From positions 246-64,245 of the forward strand of contig JBAYNV010000002.1 of assembly GCA_041678685.1 (NCBI GenBank): 64,000 bases of DNA. The letters run 5' to 3'. Source of the DNA: Clostridia bacterium (GTDB taxonomy: Bacteria > Bacillota > Clostridia > DUPQ01). Shown piece by piece: positions 8,514 to 18,548 of the stretch. Both the position numbers and the translations under genes were made by a program. Position 1 is the stretch's first letter; each line of letters opens with the position of its first letter. The notes under the pieces were generated by a model that was not told the origin of the DNA, did no database searches, and saw only the letters and a program-made list of their open reading frames with translations.

Positions 8514-8961
8514 TCCGGTGACAAAAGGACATATAGATATAATAACCAGAGCAAGTAAAATGTGCGACAAGCTGATTGTTGCTGTAGGTGCGAACCTGAG
8601 AAAAAGCAATGTTTTCACTATAGAAGAAAGACTTGGGTTCTTAAGAAAGTCCCTGACAGGAATGAAGAATGTTGAAGTAGATAGTTTTACAGGCCTGCTG
8701 ATAGATTATGTACGCAGCAAGAAAGCTATCTGCATAGTAAAAGGTCTTCGCGCGGTATCTGATTTTGAGTATGAAATGCAGATGGCATTTCTTAATAAGA
8801 GAATGGATGAAAATATTGAAACTGTATTTCTGATGACCAATATAAACTATTCATTCTTAAGCGCATCGGCTGTACGTGAACTTGCATTACATGGCGGAAG
8901 TATTGAAGGTCTTGTACCTGAATGTATAATAGATGATGTGAAAAGTAAGTTTATTATTTGA
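8482..8961 (+). CDS. coaD: phosphopantetheine adenylyltransferase CoaD
   Basis: [21 protein letters not shown] (T/HxGH nucleotidyltransferase motif). The internal ATG at 8482 is preferred over the ORF-track start at 8458. Confidence 0.9.
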   Translation: MNIWICPGSFDPVTKGHIDIITRASKMCDKLIVAVGANLRKSNVFTIEERLGFLRKSLTGMKNVEVDSFTGLLIDYVRSKKAICIVKGLRAVSDFEYEMQMAFLNKRMDENIETVFLMTNINYSFLSASAVRELALHGGSIEGLVPECIIDDVKSKFII

Positions 8962-8978
8962 TTTTGTGAGGTGGAAAT

Positions 8979-9386
8979 ATGGATAATAATATGAATGAAT
9001 ATGACATAATCGAACAGATGGAGGATCTCATTACAAACGGTAAACAAACAGTGTTTTCCGATAAGGTCTCAATAAGCAAAGATGAGATGCTCGATTTGAT
9101 TTTTTATCTTAAGAATGCGATAAAGCAGCGTGATCAGGACGAGGAAGCTAAGAATAATGAGCTTCTTAAAATGATACATGACGCAAAGGAAAATCAATCC
9201 GTACCTCAACCTCAACCTCAGACTCAGACTGTTATTGAGATCCCTGTCATCGCTGAAGCAAATAAAGAAGCAAATGAGATCAAACGTGCCGCTCTGCGCT
9301 ATGCGGATGAATTACTGGCAAATGTGCAGGAAAGCATTGAAAAGACGTTAAGTATAATTCAAGATAACCGCAATGAACTTAAATAG
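8979..9386 (+). CDS. hypothetical small acidic helical protein with PQPQPQTQT linker
   Basis: ORF with RBS-like GAGGTGG upstream; followed by an intrinsic terminator. No family recognised. Confidence 0.5.
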   Translation: MDNNMNEYDIIEQMEDLITNGKQTVFSDKVSISKDEMLDLIFYLKNAIKQRDQDEEAKNNELLKMIHDAKENQSVPQPQPQTQTVIEIPVIAEANKEANEIKRAALRYADELLANVQESIEKTLSIIQDNRNELK

Positions 9387-9407
9387 AAGATATTGATGAT
9401 CATGAAA

Positions 9408-9437
9408 CCCGATGCTCATGTGGCATCGGTTTTTTTA
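9408..9437 (+). terminator. rho-independent terminator after the 8979-9386 gene
   Basis: CCCGATGC-tcatgtg-GCATCGG hairpin followed by TTTTTTT. Confidence 0.6.
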
Positions 9438-9462
9438 TCTTATTCTTTTTTGAAGGATCAGA

Positions 9463-9471
9463 TGATATAAT
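9463..9471 (+). promoter_or_regulatory. putative extended -10 promoter (TGaTATAAT) for miaB
   Basis: TGATATAAT lies 28 nt upstream of the miaB ATG; the -35 element is weak. Confidence 0.3.
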
Positions 9472-9498
9472 ATATTAAATCACGACATAAGAGGTTTT

Positions 9499-10875
9499 AT
9501 GGAAGAGGCTCTTGACGAACAGAAACAGTATATAGAACGTATCAGAGAAATGATCGCCGGGAAACAGATGGGTTACTTTATCCAGACTTTAGGATGCCAG
9601 ATGAATGAAAGCGACAGTGAGCATATAGCAGGTATGCTCAGGGATATGGGGTACATAAAAACGGAGTCTGTTGAAGAGGCTTCGATCATAGTATTCAATA
9701 CATGCTGCGTCAGAGAGAATGCAGAATTCAAGCTGTTAGGTCATATCGGAGAGATAAAGAGGCTCAAGGAAATAAACAGCGGATTGATAACCGTGATATG
9801 TGGATGTATGATGCAGCAAGAACATATAACAAACAAGATAAAGAAAAGCTATAAATTCATAGACATCATTTTCGGAACATATAACAGGCACGAACTTCCA
9901 AAGCTCATATATAGGAAGATGACATTAAAGAAGAGGATATTCGATATATGGGAGGAGCAGAAAGAATACGTTGAAGGTACACCTGTCGAAAGGACCAGTG
10001 ATATCACAGCATATGTCCCTATAGTGTATGGGTGCAACAATTTCTGTTCATACTGCATCGTCCCATATGTCAGAGGAAGGGAAATATCGCGTAAGCCGCA
10101 GAATATAAGAGAGGAAGTTGAGACACTTGCAAATGATGGTATAAGAGAGATAACGCTTCTTGGACAGAATGTTAATTCGTATGAAAGCGATATGGATTTC
10201 CCGCAGCTTCTTTACTATCTATCCGACATTTCAGGTATAGAAAGGATCAGATTCATGACCAGCCACCCGAAGGATCTGTCAGATGATCTTATAGAAGCCG
10301 TTGCGAGCATACCGAAGTTATGTAAACATATCCATCTTCCGCTCCAGTCAGGAAGTTCAAAAGTACTTAAGGAAATGAACCGCCATTACACAAAGGAGAG
10401 CTATTTGGCCCTTATAGACCGTATAAGATCGAAAATACCTGATGTTACGCTGAGTACTGACATTATAGTAGGATTTCCCGGAGAGACTGAAGAAGACTTT
10501 GCTGAAACACTTGATGTGATCAATAAGGTCGCATATGATTTTGCTTATACATTCATATATTCGAAAAGAGTCGGAACGCCAGCTGAAAAAAGGGAAGACC
10601 AGATATCGGATGAAGTAAAAGATGAAAGGTTCGGAAGGCTTAAAAATATCATTGATGCATATTCTCTTTCAAGTAATATAAAGGATGTTGGGCGTGTACT
10701 GAAGGTATTGGCTGAAGGTCCGAGCAAAACAAACGCAGACATAATGTCTGGAAGGACAGAAAGCAATAAAATCGTTAATTTCAGCTGTGATCCCTCTTTC
10801 AAAGGATCTATGGTTGATGTTAAAATAATAAAAGGCCATACATGGCATCTGGAAGGAGAAAAATATGATATTTGA
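9499..10875 (+). CDS. miaB: tRNA-2-methylthio-N6-dimethylallyladenosine synthase MiaB (radical SAM methylthiotransferase)
   Basis: N-terminal MTTase motif TLGCQMNESDSE, FNTCCVRENAE, radical-SAM CNNFCSYC, and a C-terminal TRAM region. Confidence 0.9.
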   Translation: MEEALDEQKQYIERIREMIAGKQMGYFIQTLGCQMNESDSEHIAGMLRDMGYIKTESVEEASIIVFNTCCVRENAEFKLLGHIGEIKRLKEINSGLITVICGCMMQQEHITNKIKKSYKFIDIIFGTYNRHELPKLIYRKMTLKKRIFDIWEEQKEYVEGTPVERTSDITAYVPIVYGCNNFCSYCIVPYVRGREISRKPQNIREEVETLANDGIREITLLGQNVNSYESDMDFPQLLYYLSDISGIERIRFMTSHPKDLSDDLIEAVASIPKLCKHIHLPLQSGSSKVLKEMNRHYTKESYLALIDRIRSKIPDVTLSTDIIVGFPGETEEDFAETLDVINKVAYDFAYTFIYSKRVGTPAEKREDQISDEVKDERFGRLKNIIDAYSLSSNIKDVGRVLKVLAEGPSKTNADIMSGRTESNKIVNFSCDPSFKGSMVDVKIIKGHTWHLEGEKYDI

Positions 10876-11248
10876 TAAAGTAGACGAACTGTGTGAATTG
10901 GTTGCAGATACAAAGCAATACAACGACTATCTCGAAGCAAATGTGAATCTTGAAACAGACGGGAAGGGTATCGATCTGATCAATGCGTTCAGCGAACTTC
11001 AGGAGGAATACATCAAAACATACCAGGAAAGCGACCAAAGCGCTATGAAGAGTATGGAGAATGTGCTCGAAGCCAGGCATAAAGAGCTAATGGAATACCC
11101 TGCTACCGGTGCCTATATCAGAGCAAAACAGGCTCTTGATGAATTATTGAACAGCATAAATGACCGAATAATGCATAACCTTGAACTGGATTGCAATCAT
11201 GATGATTGTGATTGCTGTTCGGATGAGTCCTGCAAAGACTGCCACTAA
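10865..11248 (+). CDS. YmcA/RicA-like (YlbF/YmcA family) protein with Cys-rich C-terminal tail
   Basis: Positioned between miaB and mutS as ymcA is in Bacillus. Helical ~110-aa body, then CNHDDCDCCSDESCKDCH (7 Cys in 18 aa). Confidence 0.45.
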   Translation: MIFDKVDELCELVADTKQYNDYLEANVNLETDGKGIDLINAFSELQEEYIKTYQESDQSAMKSMENVLEARHKELMEYPATGAYIRAKQALDELLNSINDRIMHNLELDCNHDDCDCCSDESCKDCH

Positions 11249-13818
11249 TGGATAATTTCACCCCCATGATGAAACAGTATCTTAAGATGAAGGAACAGTA
11301 TAAAGACTGCATCCTTATGTTTCGTCTGGGGGATTTTTATGAAATGTTTTTTGATGATGCGCTGACAGCGTCTCAGGAACTGGAAATAACGCTGACAGGA
11401 AGAAATTGCGGTCAGGACGACAGGGCTCCGATGTGCGGGGTCCCATACCATGCGATAGAACCATATGTAGCAAAACTAATAAAAAAAGGATACAAAGTCG
11501 CTATATGCGATCAATTGGAAGATCCCGCGCTTGCTAAAGGGATAGTGAAGAGGGATGTAACAAGGATAATAACACCGGGAACAGTTAATGAATATTCTCT
11601 CCTTGACGAAAAAGAGAATAACTATATCATGTCACTGTTCCAACGCGGAAATGTATATGCATTAGCCGTATGTGATGTGTCAACCGGAGCATTTTACAGC
11701 TGCCAGATCATATTCGGCAATACGATCACGAAACTCATAAACGAAGTGGTTAAGTTTAAACCTAAGGAAATAATTGCTAATTTTGATGTGGAATTTATTA
11801 AACAGTATTTACGGACATACATATCCAATGTGGACAAGTCGGTATTTGATGTTCCTTTACCTGCAGATCTTAAGATATCAAGTAAAAATCAGATCAATGA
11901 TTTTGATCTGTGGAGGAATGCCTCCTCGGCTTTGTATTCTTACCTGAAAGAAACAAGGAAAACAGATCTGAACCACATCACGTCCATTTCCGTATATGAA
12001 AGCGAACAGTATATGTCCTTGGATATTAACGCCAGACGGAGTCTTGAGCTGACAGAAAGCCTCAGGGATCAGAAACGATATGGATCTTTATTATGGGTTC
12101 TTGACAAGACATCTACTGGAATGGGATCAAGGCTTTTAAAGAAGTGGATAGAACAGCCGCTTACTGATATGGAAGACATCAATGCAAGGCTTGATGCTGT
12201 CGGCGAACTCAAGGATAAATATATAGTTCGTCAGGAACTTATGGAGCTTTTGAAAGGTGTTTATGATATAGAGCGTCTCGTATCCAAGACCGTTATGCAG
12301 AATGCAAACGGAAGAGATCTGCTGGCTTTAAAGAATTCTATTGGTAAATTACCCTTTATTAAAAAGATAACAGTTTTATTAGTATACGGATTAAACAGAG
12401 CTATAGATGATAATGTGATATGTTTCAATGAGTTATATGACCTTATAGATAATTCTATCAATGATGATTGCCCCATTATCATGAAAGACGGAGACATAAT
12501 AAAACCAGGTTTTGATGCTGAAGTTGATGATCTTCGGAAAGCAGCCCATGGGGGCAAAAACTGGCTTATGGAGTTCGAGGAAAAGGAAAAGACAAGAACG
12601 GGAATTAAGAAACTGAAGGTATCATATAACAAAGTCTTCGGATATTATATCGAAGTCACTAACAGTTATCATGACCTTATACCCAGCGACTACATAAGAA
12701 AACAGACGCTTGTGAATAATGAAAGATATATCACGCCTGAACTTAAAAACATGGAAGAAACGATATTAGGTGCTCAAGAGAGGCTTGTCAGGCGGGAATA
12801 TGAAATATTCTGCAGTATAAGGAATACGGTGGCTTCGAAAGCTGAAGCGCTATTAAATACCGCATATCACATATCTTTATTAGATGTTATCATGAGCCTT
12901 GCTGAAGTTGCTGACAGATATAAATATGTGCGTCCGGATGTGCAGAAAGACGATTTGATCGATATAAAAGACGGAAGACATCCGGTTGTCGAAAGAATGC
13001 CCAACTGTCCGGAATTCATTCCAAATGACCTGTATATAAACAACAGCTCTGACAGGACCCTTATCATTACCGGGCCGAATATGGCAGGAAAGAGCACTTA
13101 TATGAGGCAGGCGGCTCTTATAACCATTATGGCGCAGATAGGATCATATGTACCTGCAAAGAGCGCAAGGATAGGTATTGCGGATAAAGTCTTCACAAGG
13201 ATCGGAGCTTCAGATGATCTGTCGGGAGGCAAGAGCACATTCATGCTTGAAATGAGTGAGCTTGCATACATACTTGAAAATGCGACAGGACGTTCTTTAC
13301 TCATACTAGATGAAATAGGGAGAGGGACAAGCACATACGATGGCTTGTCGATCGCATGGGCAGTGATAGAGTATCTTAACGAAAAAAGGTTCTGCAGAAC
13401 ACTGTTTTCCACTCACTACCATGAACTGACCGCTCTGGAAGATAAACTTGCAGGCGTTAAGAATTACTATATCACCGCAATAAAGAAGGAAAAAGACATA
13501 GTGTTTTTAAGAAAAGTCCAAAAGGGCGCTGCAAAGGAAAGCTATGGGATCGAAGTGGCAAGGCTTGCAGGGATACCTGAGGAAATGGTAGTGCGGGCAG
13601 GAGAATTCCTGGCTGAGCTGGATAAGAGCGAAACGAAGAAAAGGAAGATAAAGGATACCGATTCATACATGGAAGGTCAAGTTGGAATAATGGAATTCAA
13701 TGCCCACGAAAAAGTACATGACGATATCGTAGATATCCTTAACGCATGCGATATACAGAAAATGACTCCATTGGAAGCATTGAATAAATTATACGAAATT
13801 AAGAGCAAAATCGGGTGA
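11248..13818 (+). CDS. mutS: DNA mismatch repair protein MutS
   Basis: TPMMKQYLKMKEQYKDCILMFRLGDFYEMFFDDA; Walker A GPNMAGKST; STFMLEM; DEIGRGTSTYDG. Confidence 0.95.
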   Translation: MDNFTPMMKQYLKMKEQYKDCILMFRLGDFYEMFFDDALTASQELEITLTGRNCGQDDRAPMCGVPYHAIEPYVAKLIKKGYKVAICDQLEDPALAKGIVKRDVTRIITPGTVNEYSLLDEKENNYIMSLFQRGNVYALAVCDVSTGAFYSCQIIFGNTITKLINEVVKFKPKEIIANFDVEFIKQYLRTYISNVDKSVFDVPLPADLKISSKNQINDFDLWRNASSALYSYLKETRKTDLNHITSISVYESEQYMSLDINARRSLELTESLRDQKRYGSLLWVLDKTSTGMGSRLLKKWIEQPLTDMEDINARLDAVGELKDKYIVRQELMELLKGVYDIERLVSKTVMQNANGRDLLALKNSIGKLPFIKKITVLLVYGLNRAIDDNVICFNELYDLIDNSINDDCPIIMKDGDIIKPGFDAEVDDLRKAAHGGKNWLMEFEEKEKTRTGIKKLKVSYNKVFGYYIEVTNSYHDLIPSDYIRKQTLVNNERYITPELKNMEETILGAQERLVRREYEIFCSIRNTVASKAEALLNTAYHISLLDVIMSLAEVADRYKYVRPDVQKDDLIDIKDGRHPVVERMPNCPEFIPNDLYINNSSDRTLIITGPNMAGKSTYMRQAALITIMAQIGSYVPAKSARIGIADKVFTRIGASDDLSGGKSTFMLEMSELAYILENATGRSLLILDEIGRGTSTYDGLSIAWAVIEYLNEKRFCRTLFSTHYHELTALEDKLAGVKNYYITAIKKEKDIVFLRKVQKGAAKESYGIEVARLAGIPEEMVVRAGEFLAELDKSETKKRKIKDTDSYMEGQVGIMEFNAHEKVHDDIVDILNACDIQKMTPLEALNKLYEIKSKIG

Positions 13819-15617
13819 ATGATCAAATGGATAACAGAATACTGATACTTGATGAATTTACGGCGAATCAGATAGCTGCAGGCGAGGTCGTTGAAAGACC
13901 TTCGTCAGTTTTAAAGGAGCTGATGGAGAACTCCGTAGATGCGGGTGCGGGTAGAATCGACATCACAATCAAAAGCGGAGGGATAGAATACATCAAAGTA
14001 TCTGATAACGGATATGGTATTGACAAGGATGATATCGCTATGGCGTTTGAAAGGCACGGTACAAGTAAAATAAAATGCATAACTGATCTTAACAGTATTT
14101 CAACAATGGGTTTCAGAGGCGAAGCCCTGCCAAGCATCGCATCAGTATCAAAGGTAACGGTCACAACAAAAACTGAAAAAGCAAAATATGCCGTTAAAGC
14201 GGTTTTTGAAGGCGGGGATCTCATAAGCAGCAACGAGGCTCCAAGAGCAACTGGAACGACCGTTGAAGTACGTAATCTTTTCTACAATACTCCTGCAAGA
14301 TACAAATTCTTAAAAGGTGACACTTCAGAAGCGAGATACTGTCTGGATATAGTGCTCCGTCTTGCACTGGCAAACAACAAAGTTGCGTTTTCCTTTGTAT
14401 CCAACGGCCAGGAAATGCTTGATACAAAAGGTGACGGTGAGCTTATAAACACCATCTACAGTATATACGGAAGGGATATAGCAAAGGAGCTTCTGCGTGT
14501 TGAGTATGTCAGTTCAGATATACAGGTAAAAGGTTATATCGGAAAACCTTTCGCAGCAAGAGGGAACAGACAGCATCAGAATCTCTTCATAAACGGAAGA
14601 TATGTGAAATATCCGGAGTTGAATGTAGCAATTGAACGGGCTTATGAAACAATGATCATGAAAGGTAAGTTCCCGTTTTATGTTCTGGATATAAAAGTAA
14701 AAAGCGAATTGCTTGATGTCAATATCCATCCTGCAAAAACGGAAATAAAGATATCAAACATAAACGAAGTTTTCAAGCAGCTCAACTACATAGTAAAAAA
14801 CACACTTGATGAGAATCAGGATGTATTCGAACTGAGTGCTGTCAAACCCACATATGTCCAGCCTTCAGAAGTGAAAGATGACAGGGTAAAGATACAGTTT
14901 GACGATAAATATGCTGCAAATGAGAAGACAGAAAGCTATAAACCCGATCAGATAAAAGATCAGAGTAAAGATGTAGTTGTAAATACATGTGTCGGATCGT
15001 ATATAAAGCCCTCGGAAAGTACACCGATAAAAATAGATGAGATAAGGATCGATGAGCCATATAAGATAATAGGGCAGATATTCAATACCTACATATTCGT
15101 GGATAAATTTGAGTATGTATATATAATTGACCAGCATGCAGCACATGAAAAAATGAATTATGAAATGCTGAAAAAACAGTTTGACAGCAGCAGTATCATT
15201 TCGCAGCAGCTTATGGTACCGGAGCAGGTTGTCCTTACAAGGCTGGAATTCGACTATATTGAGGAGAATAAAGAATTGATCAGGAATATAGGATTTGACT
15301 TCAGTGTGTTTTCAGCAAACTCGATAATAGTAAGAGAGATCCCTGTACCATTGATCGACTGCAATATTACCGATGCATTCAAATCCATGATAGATGATAT
15401 GATGTCGGATAAAAAAGACAGGATATATACAGCTTTATACAGTATAGCGTGTAAAGCATCAGTAAAAGCAAACAAAGAACTGGATAAAGAGCAGATGGAA
15501 TATATATATAAAGGACTTATTGAACTTGATAATCCATTCACATGCCCTCACGGAAGACCTACAATGATTAAATTAACAAGATATGAATTTGACAAAATGT
15601 TCAAAAGAGTAGTGTAA
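13815..15617 (+). CDS. mutL: DNA mismatch repair protein MutL
   Basis: GHKL ATPase motifs ANQIAAGEVVERP, KELMENSVDAG, DNGYGI; C-terminal dimerisation domain. Confidence 0.95.
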   Translation: MNDQMDNRILILDEFTANQIAAGEVVERPSSVLKELMENSVDAGAGRIDITIKSGGIEYIKVSDNGYGIDKDDIAMAFERHGTSKIKCITDLNSISTMGFRGEALPSIASVSKVTVTTKTEKAKYAVKAVFEGGDLISSNEAPRATGTTVEVRNLFYNTPARYKFLKGDTSEARYCLDIVLRLALANNKVAFSFVSNGQEMLDTKGDGELINTIYSIYGRDIAKELLRVEYVSSDIQVKGYIGKPFAARGNRQHQNLFINGRYVKYPELNVAIERAYETMIMKGKFPFYVLDIKVKSELLDVNIHPAKTEIKISNINEVFKQLNYIVKNTLDENQDVFELSAVKPTYVQPSEVKDDRVKIQFDDKYAANEKTESYKPDQIKDQSKDVVVNTCVGSYIKPSESTPIKIDEIRIDEPYKIIGQIFNTYIFVDKFEYVYIIDQHAAHEKMNYEMLKKQFDSSSIISQQLMVPEQVVLTRLEFDYIEENKELIRNIGFDFSVFSANSIIVREIPVPLIDCNITDAFKSMIDDMMSDKKDRIYTALYSIACKASVKANKELDKEQMEYIYKGLIELDNPFTCPHGRPTMIKLTRYEFDKMFKRVV

Positions 15618-16534
15618 TGAAAAAAGTATTGGTCATCGCAGGACCTACAGCTTCAGGAAAATCAGATATGGCACTGGAAGTGTGCAAAAGATGCAACGGG
15701 GAAATAGTTTCCGCTGATTCTATGCAGGTATACAGAGGAATGGATATAGGAACTGCAAAACCAAAGAAAGATGATATGATGAGCGTATCACATCATATGA
15801 TAGATATATGCGATCCATCTGAGGATTATTCTGTTGCACAATACTGTATATCCGCAAAAATGGCTATAAACGATATTTTATACAGAGAAAAACTTCCTGT
15901 TGTGACGGGAGGTACCGGTCTGTATATCGATTCACTGGTTCTTGGGATCACATACCGCAAAGAGCAGGAAGATAAAAGAGGCATGTATGAGGAATATCTT
16001 GAAATAAACGGGAAAGAAGCCTTATATGGGTTACTGAAAAAGAGAGATGAAGCTGCAGCTGCATCCACACATATGAACAACACTAAAAGAGTGATACGTT
16101 ATCTGGAGATACTTGAAAAGTATGATGGTCCTCTATCTGAATACAAAAAAGAAGCGTTGTCAAAAGAACCGGGATACGATTACAGGATAATAATTCTGGA
16201 TCCGGACAGGGAATACCTTTATGACCGGGTAAACACAAGAGTGGATATGATGCTTCATGAAGGGCTTGTTGATGAAGTAAAAGAGCTTTTACATGATAAA
16301 GACATAAGGGATTCGAATGCAATGCAGGCGATCGGTTACAAGGAAGTGATCGGATATCTAAACGGGAATATGACATATGATGAGATGGAAGAGCTTATAA
16401 AAAAGAATACACGTAATTATGCAAAGCGACAGGTGACATGGTTCAGACGGTATAAGAACGCTACATGCATAAAAATAACGGATAAGACAGAGAAATCAAT
16501 TATCCTTGACGCTGTCATGAATGCAATTATCTAG
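15617..16534 (+). CDS. miaA: tRNA dimethylallyltransferase MiaA
   Basis: VIAGPTASGKSDMAL, SADSMQVYRGMDIGTAKP. Confidence 0.9.
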   Translation: MKKVLVIAGPTASGKSDMALEVCKRCNGEIVSADSMQVYRGMDIGTAKPKKDDMMSVSHHMIDICDPSEDYSVAQYCISAKMAINDILYREKLPVVTGGTGLYIDSLVLGITYRKEQEDKRGMYEEYLEINGKEALYGLLKKRDEAAAASTHMNNTKRVIRYLEILEKYDGPLSEYKKEALSKEPGYDYRIIILDPDREYLYDRVNTRVDMMLHEGLVDEVKELLHDKDIRDSNAMQAIGYKEVIGYLNGNMTYDEMEELIKKNTRNYAKRQVTWFRRYKNATCIKITDKTEKSIILDAVMNAII

Positions 16535-17136
16535 TTGAGAAATCTGAATACCCCGAAAACTTTCCCCAGTATCTTGATATCCTTATAAATATATATGGGA
16601 TCATATGACGGATTCTGAGGCTGCAGGCGTATGCGGTCTTTTTCCCTGTAAAATGTTTTTACCGTCGTTTCATTATCTATCAGAGCAACTACGATGTCTC
16701 CATCGTATGCAACTTCCTGTTTCTTTACAAGTATCATGTCACCGTTATAAATACCTGCATCGATCATGCTGTCTCCCTTTATTTTAAGCATGAATGTGAT
16801 CCCGCTCTTCAAGTATGATTCAGGAACAGGGAAGTGTTCCACTATATTTTCCACTGCCAGTATCGGAGTCCCTGCAGCGACATTTCCTATTACAGGTACT
16901 TCAACGACAGGTACTGCTTCCTGCTTTAAAAGAGTGAGTGACCGGGATATCGAATCGTTCTTGTCTATATATCCGAGGCTGCGCAGTTTCTTTATATATG
17001 AATGTGCCGTAGATGTGGAAGGGATGTTAAGATCCTTGCATATATCCCTCACAGAAGGAGCGTACCCTTTTTCCCTTATGAAATCCCTGATGTATTCGTA
17101 AGTCTGTTCTTCTCTGATGGATAAATAGTCTTTCAT
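16531..17136 (-). CDS. lexA: LexA repressor
   Basis: N-terminal wHTH (YIRDFIREKGYAPSVRDI), Ala-Gly cleavage site VAAGTP, S24 peptidase KIKGDSMIDAGI...LVKKQ. Confidence 0.9.
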   Translation of the reverse strand: MKDYLSIREEQTYEYIRDFIREKGYAPSVRDICKDLNIPSTSTAHSYIKKLRSLGYIDKNDSISRSLTLLKQEAVPVVEVPVIGNVAAGTPILAVENIVEHFPVPESYLKSGITFMLKIKGDSMIDAGIYNGDMILVKKQEVAYDGDIVVALIDNETTVKTFYREKDRIRLQPQNPSYDPIYIYKDIKILGKVFGVFRFLN

Positions 17137-17184
17137 ATAAATCGCCTCCCTACATTATTAATATACAAATTATAACATAAGCAA

Positions 17185-17196
17185 AAGTTCGTGTAA
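17185..17196. promoter_or_regulatory. candidate LexA/Cheo-type SOS box (AAAC-AAAT-GTTT) in the lexA / ackA-like divergent intergenic region
   Basis: Perfect 12-bp palindrome resembling GAAC-N4-GTTC with degenerate outer positions, ~50 nt upstream of the lexA start. Confidence 0.35.
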
Positions 17197-17282
17197 ACAA
17201 ATGTTTTTATCCGCGAAACGCATTACTTGTAATTCCTATATGCCGATGGTATAATTTTTGTAAAATCGAAAGGATCTGATTT

Positions 17283-18548
17283 ATGTATAGAACCATATTA
17301 TCTTTGAATTGCGGCAGTTCGTCTTTGAAATATAACATATTCAAATTGAATGACGACATGACAGTAAAGCCTGTGCTGAACGGTATAGCTGAGGAAATCG
17401 GTAACATCAAAAGAAGCACCATGAAATATACTTTGAATGGGATAAAAGAAAAATATTCCATATCTTTTGAGACCCACGAAGATGCTCTTACCGAAATGTT
17501 CGAGATATTCAAGAAAAACGGAATCGAGAAGGAAAGTATCGTTGCTGTTGGCCATAGGATAGTACATGGAGGACCTATTTATGCTAAGTCCGCTTTGATA
17601 AATGAAGATATAAAAAAGCAGATAAAAAGCCTGTTCTCAGTAGCGCCTCTGCATAACCCGCAGAACTATATAGGCATCGAGGTCACTGAAAAGTTATTGC
17701 CAGGCATTCCTAATGTAGCGGTATTTGACACTGCATTCCACAGCACGATGGGCTATGAGGCTTACAGATATGCGATACCTGAAAAGTGGTATAAGGAATA
17801 TCTTGTGAGAAGATACGGTTTCCACGGAACGAGCCATCTTTATGTTTCAAGGAGAGCTTCAGTACTGTGTAAGACGCCATATAACGAATTTACATGCATC
17901 ACATGTCATCTGGGAAACGGTTCAAGCATAACAAAGGTCGAAAATGGACAGAGCAGGGATACATCGATGGGTTTCACTCCTCTTGAAGGAGTCATAATTG
18001 GTACAAGATGCGGTGATCTGGATCCTGCGATAATCTGCCATGTGGCAAACAAATACATGGAAGAGGGCATGGAAAAAGGTGATGCTTATGAGAAAGTCAC
18101 CAGGATGCTTAACAAGGATTGCGGCTTAAAAGGATTGGCAGGAACAAACCTTATGCAGGATATCAGACTGAAAGCTATCGACGGTGATATTGAAAGTCAG
18201 CATATTATAGATATTTACTGTTACAGGATAGCGAAATATATAGGTGAATACGCATGTACAACTGACAACTTGAAAGCTATCGTGTTTACAGCCGGCATCG
18301 GTGAAAATGAATGGTTCGTACGCCAGAGGGTCCTGCAGATGCTAAAAGCATTCAAATTCGAAGTATATAATGATAAGAACATGATCAGAGGAGAGGAAGT
18401 AATATTCGGAAAGGGTAGCTTTGCCGGGAATGAGGTCGTTGCAATGGTCATACCTACCGATGAAGAGCAAGTCATTGCATATGATACTCTGAGTATCGGC
18501 TATCTTGGCGAAAGCGCTCCGATTGTGTACCCATTTGAAAAACAGTGA
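17283..18548 (+). CDS. ackA: acetate kinase family (acetate/propionate kinase)
   Basis: LNCGSSSLKY, HRIVHGG, VFDTAFH, RRYGFHGTSH, HLGNGSS, TSMGFTPLEG, GTRCGDLDP, FTAGIGEN, VIPTDEE. Confidence 0.8.
   Translation: MYRTILSLNCGSSSLKYNIFKLNDDMTVKPVLNGIAEEIGNIKRSTMKYTLNGIKEKYSISFETHEDALTEMFEIFKKNGIEKESIVAVGHRIVHGGPIYAKSALINEDIKKQIKSLFSVAPLHNPQNYIGIEVTEKLLPGIPNVAVFDTAFHSTMGYEAYRYAIPEKWYKEYLVRRYGFHGTSHLYVSRRASVLCKTPYNEFTCITCHLGNGSSITKVENGQSRDTSMGFTPLEGVIIGTRCGDLDPAIICHVANKYMEEGMEKGDAYEKVTRMLNKDCGLKGLAGTNLMQDIRLKAIDGDIESQHIIDIYCYRIAKYIGEYACTTDNLKAIVFTAGIGENEWFVRQRVLQMLKAFKFEVYNDKNMIRGEEVIFGKGSFAGNEVVAMVIPTDEEQVIAYDTLSIGYLGESAPIVYPFEKQ

Noticed and set aside
9181-9240. cctcaacctcaacctcagactcagact micro-repeat
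   Set aside because: It is in-frame coding for a PQPQPQTQT inter-domain linker inside a small ORF, not a CRISPR or intergenic repeat.
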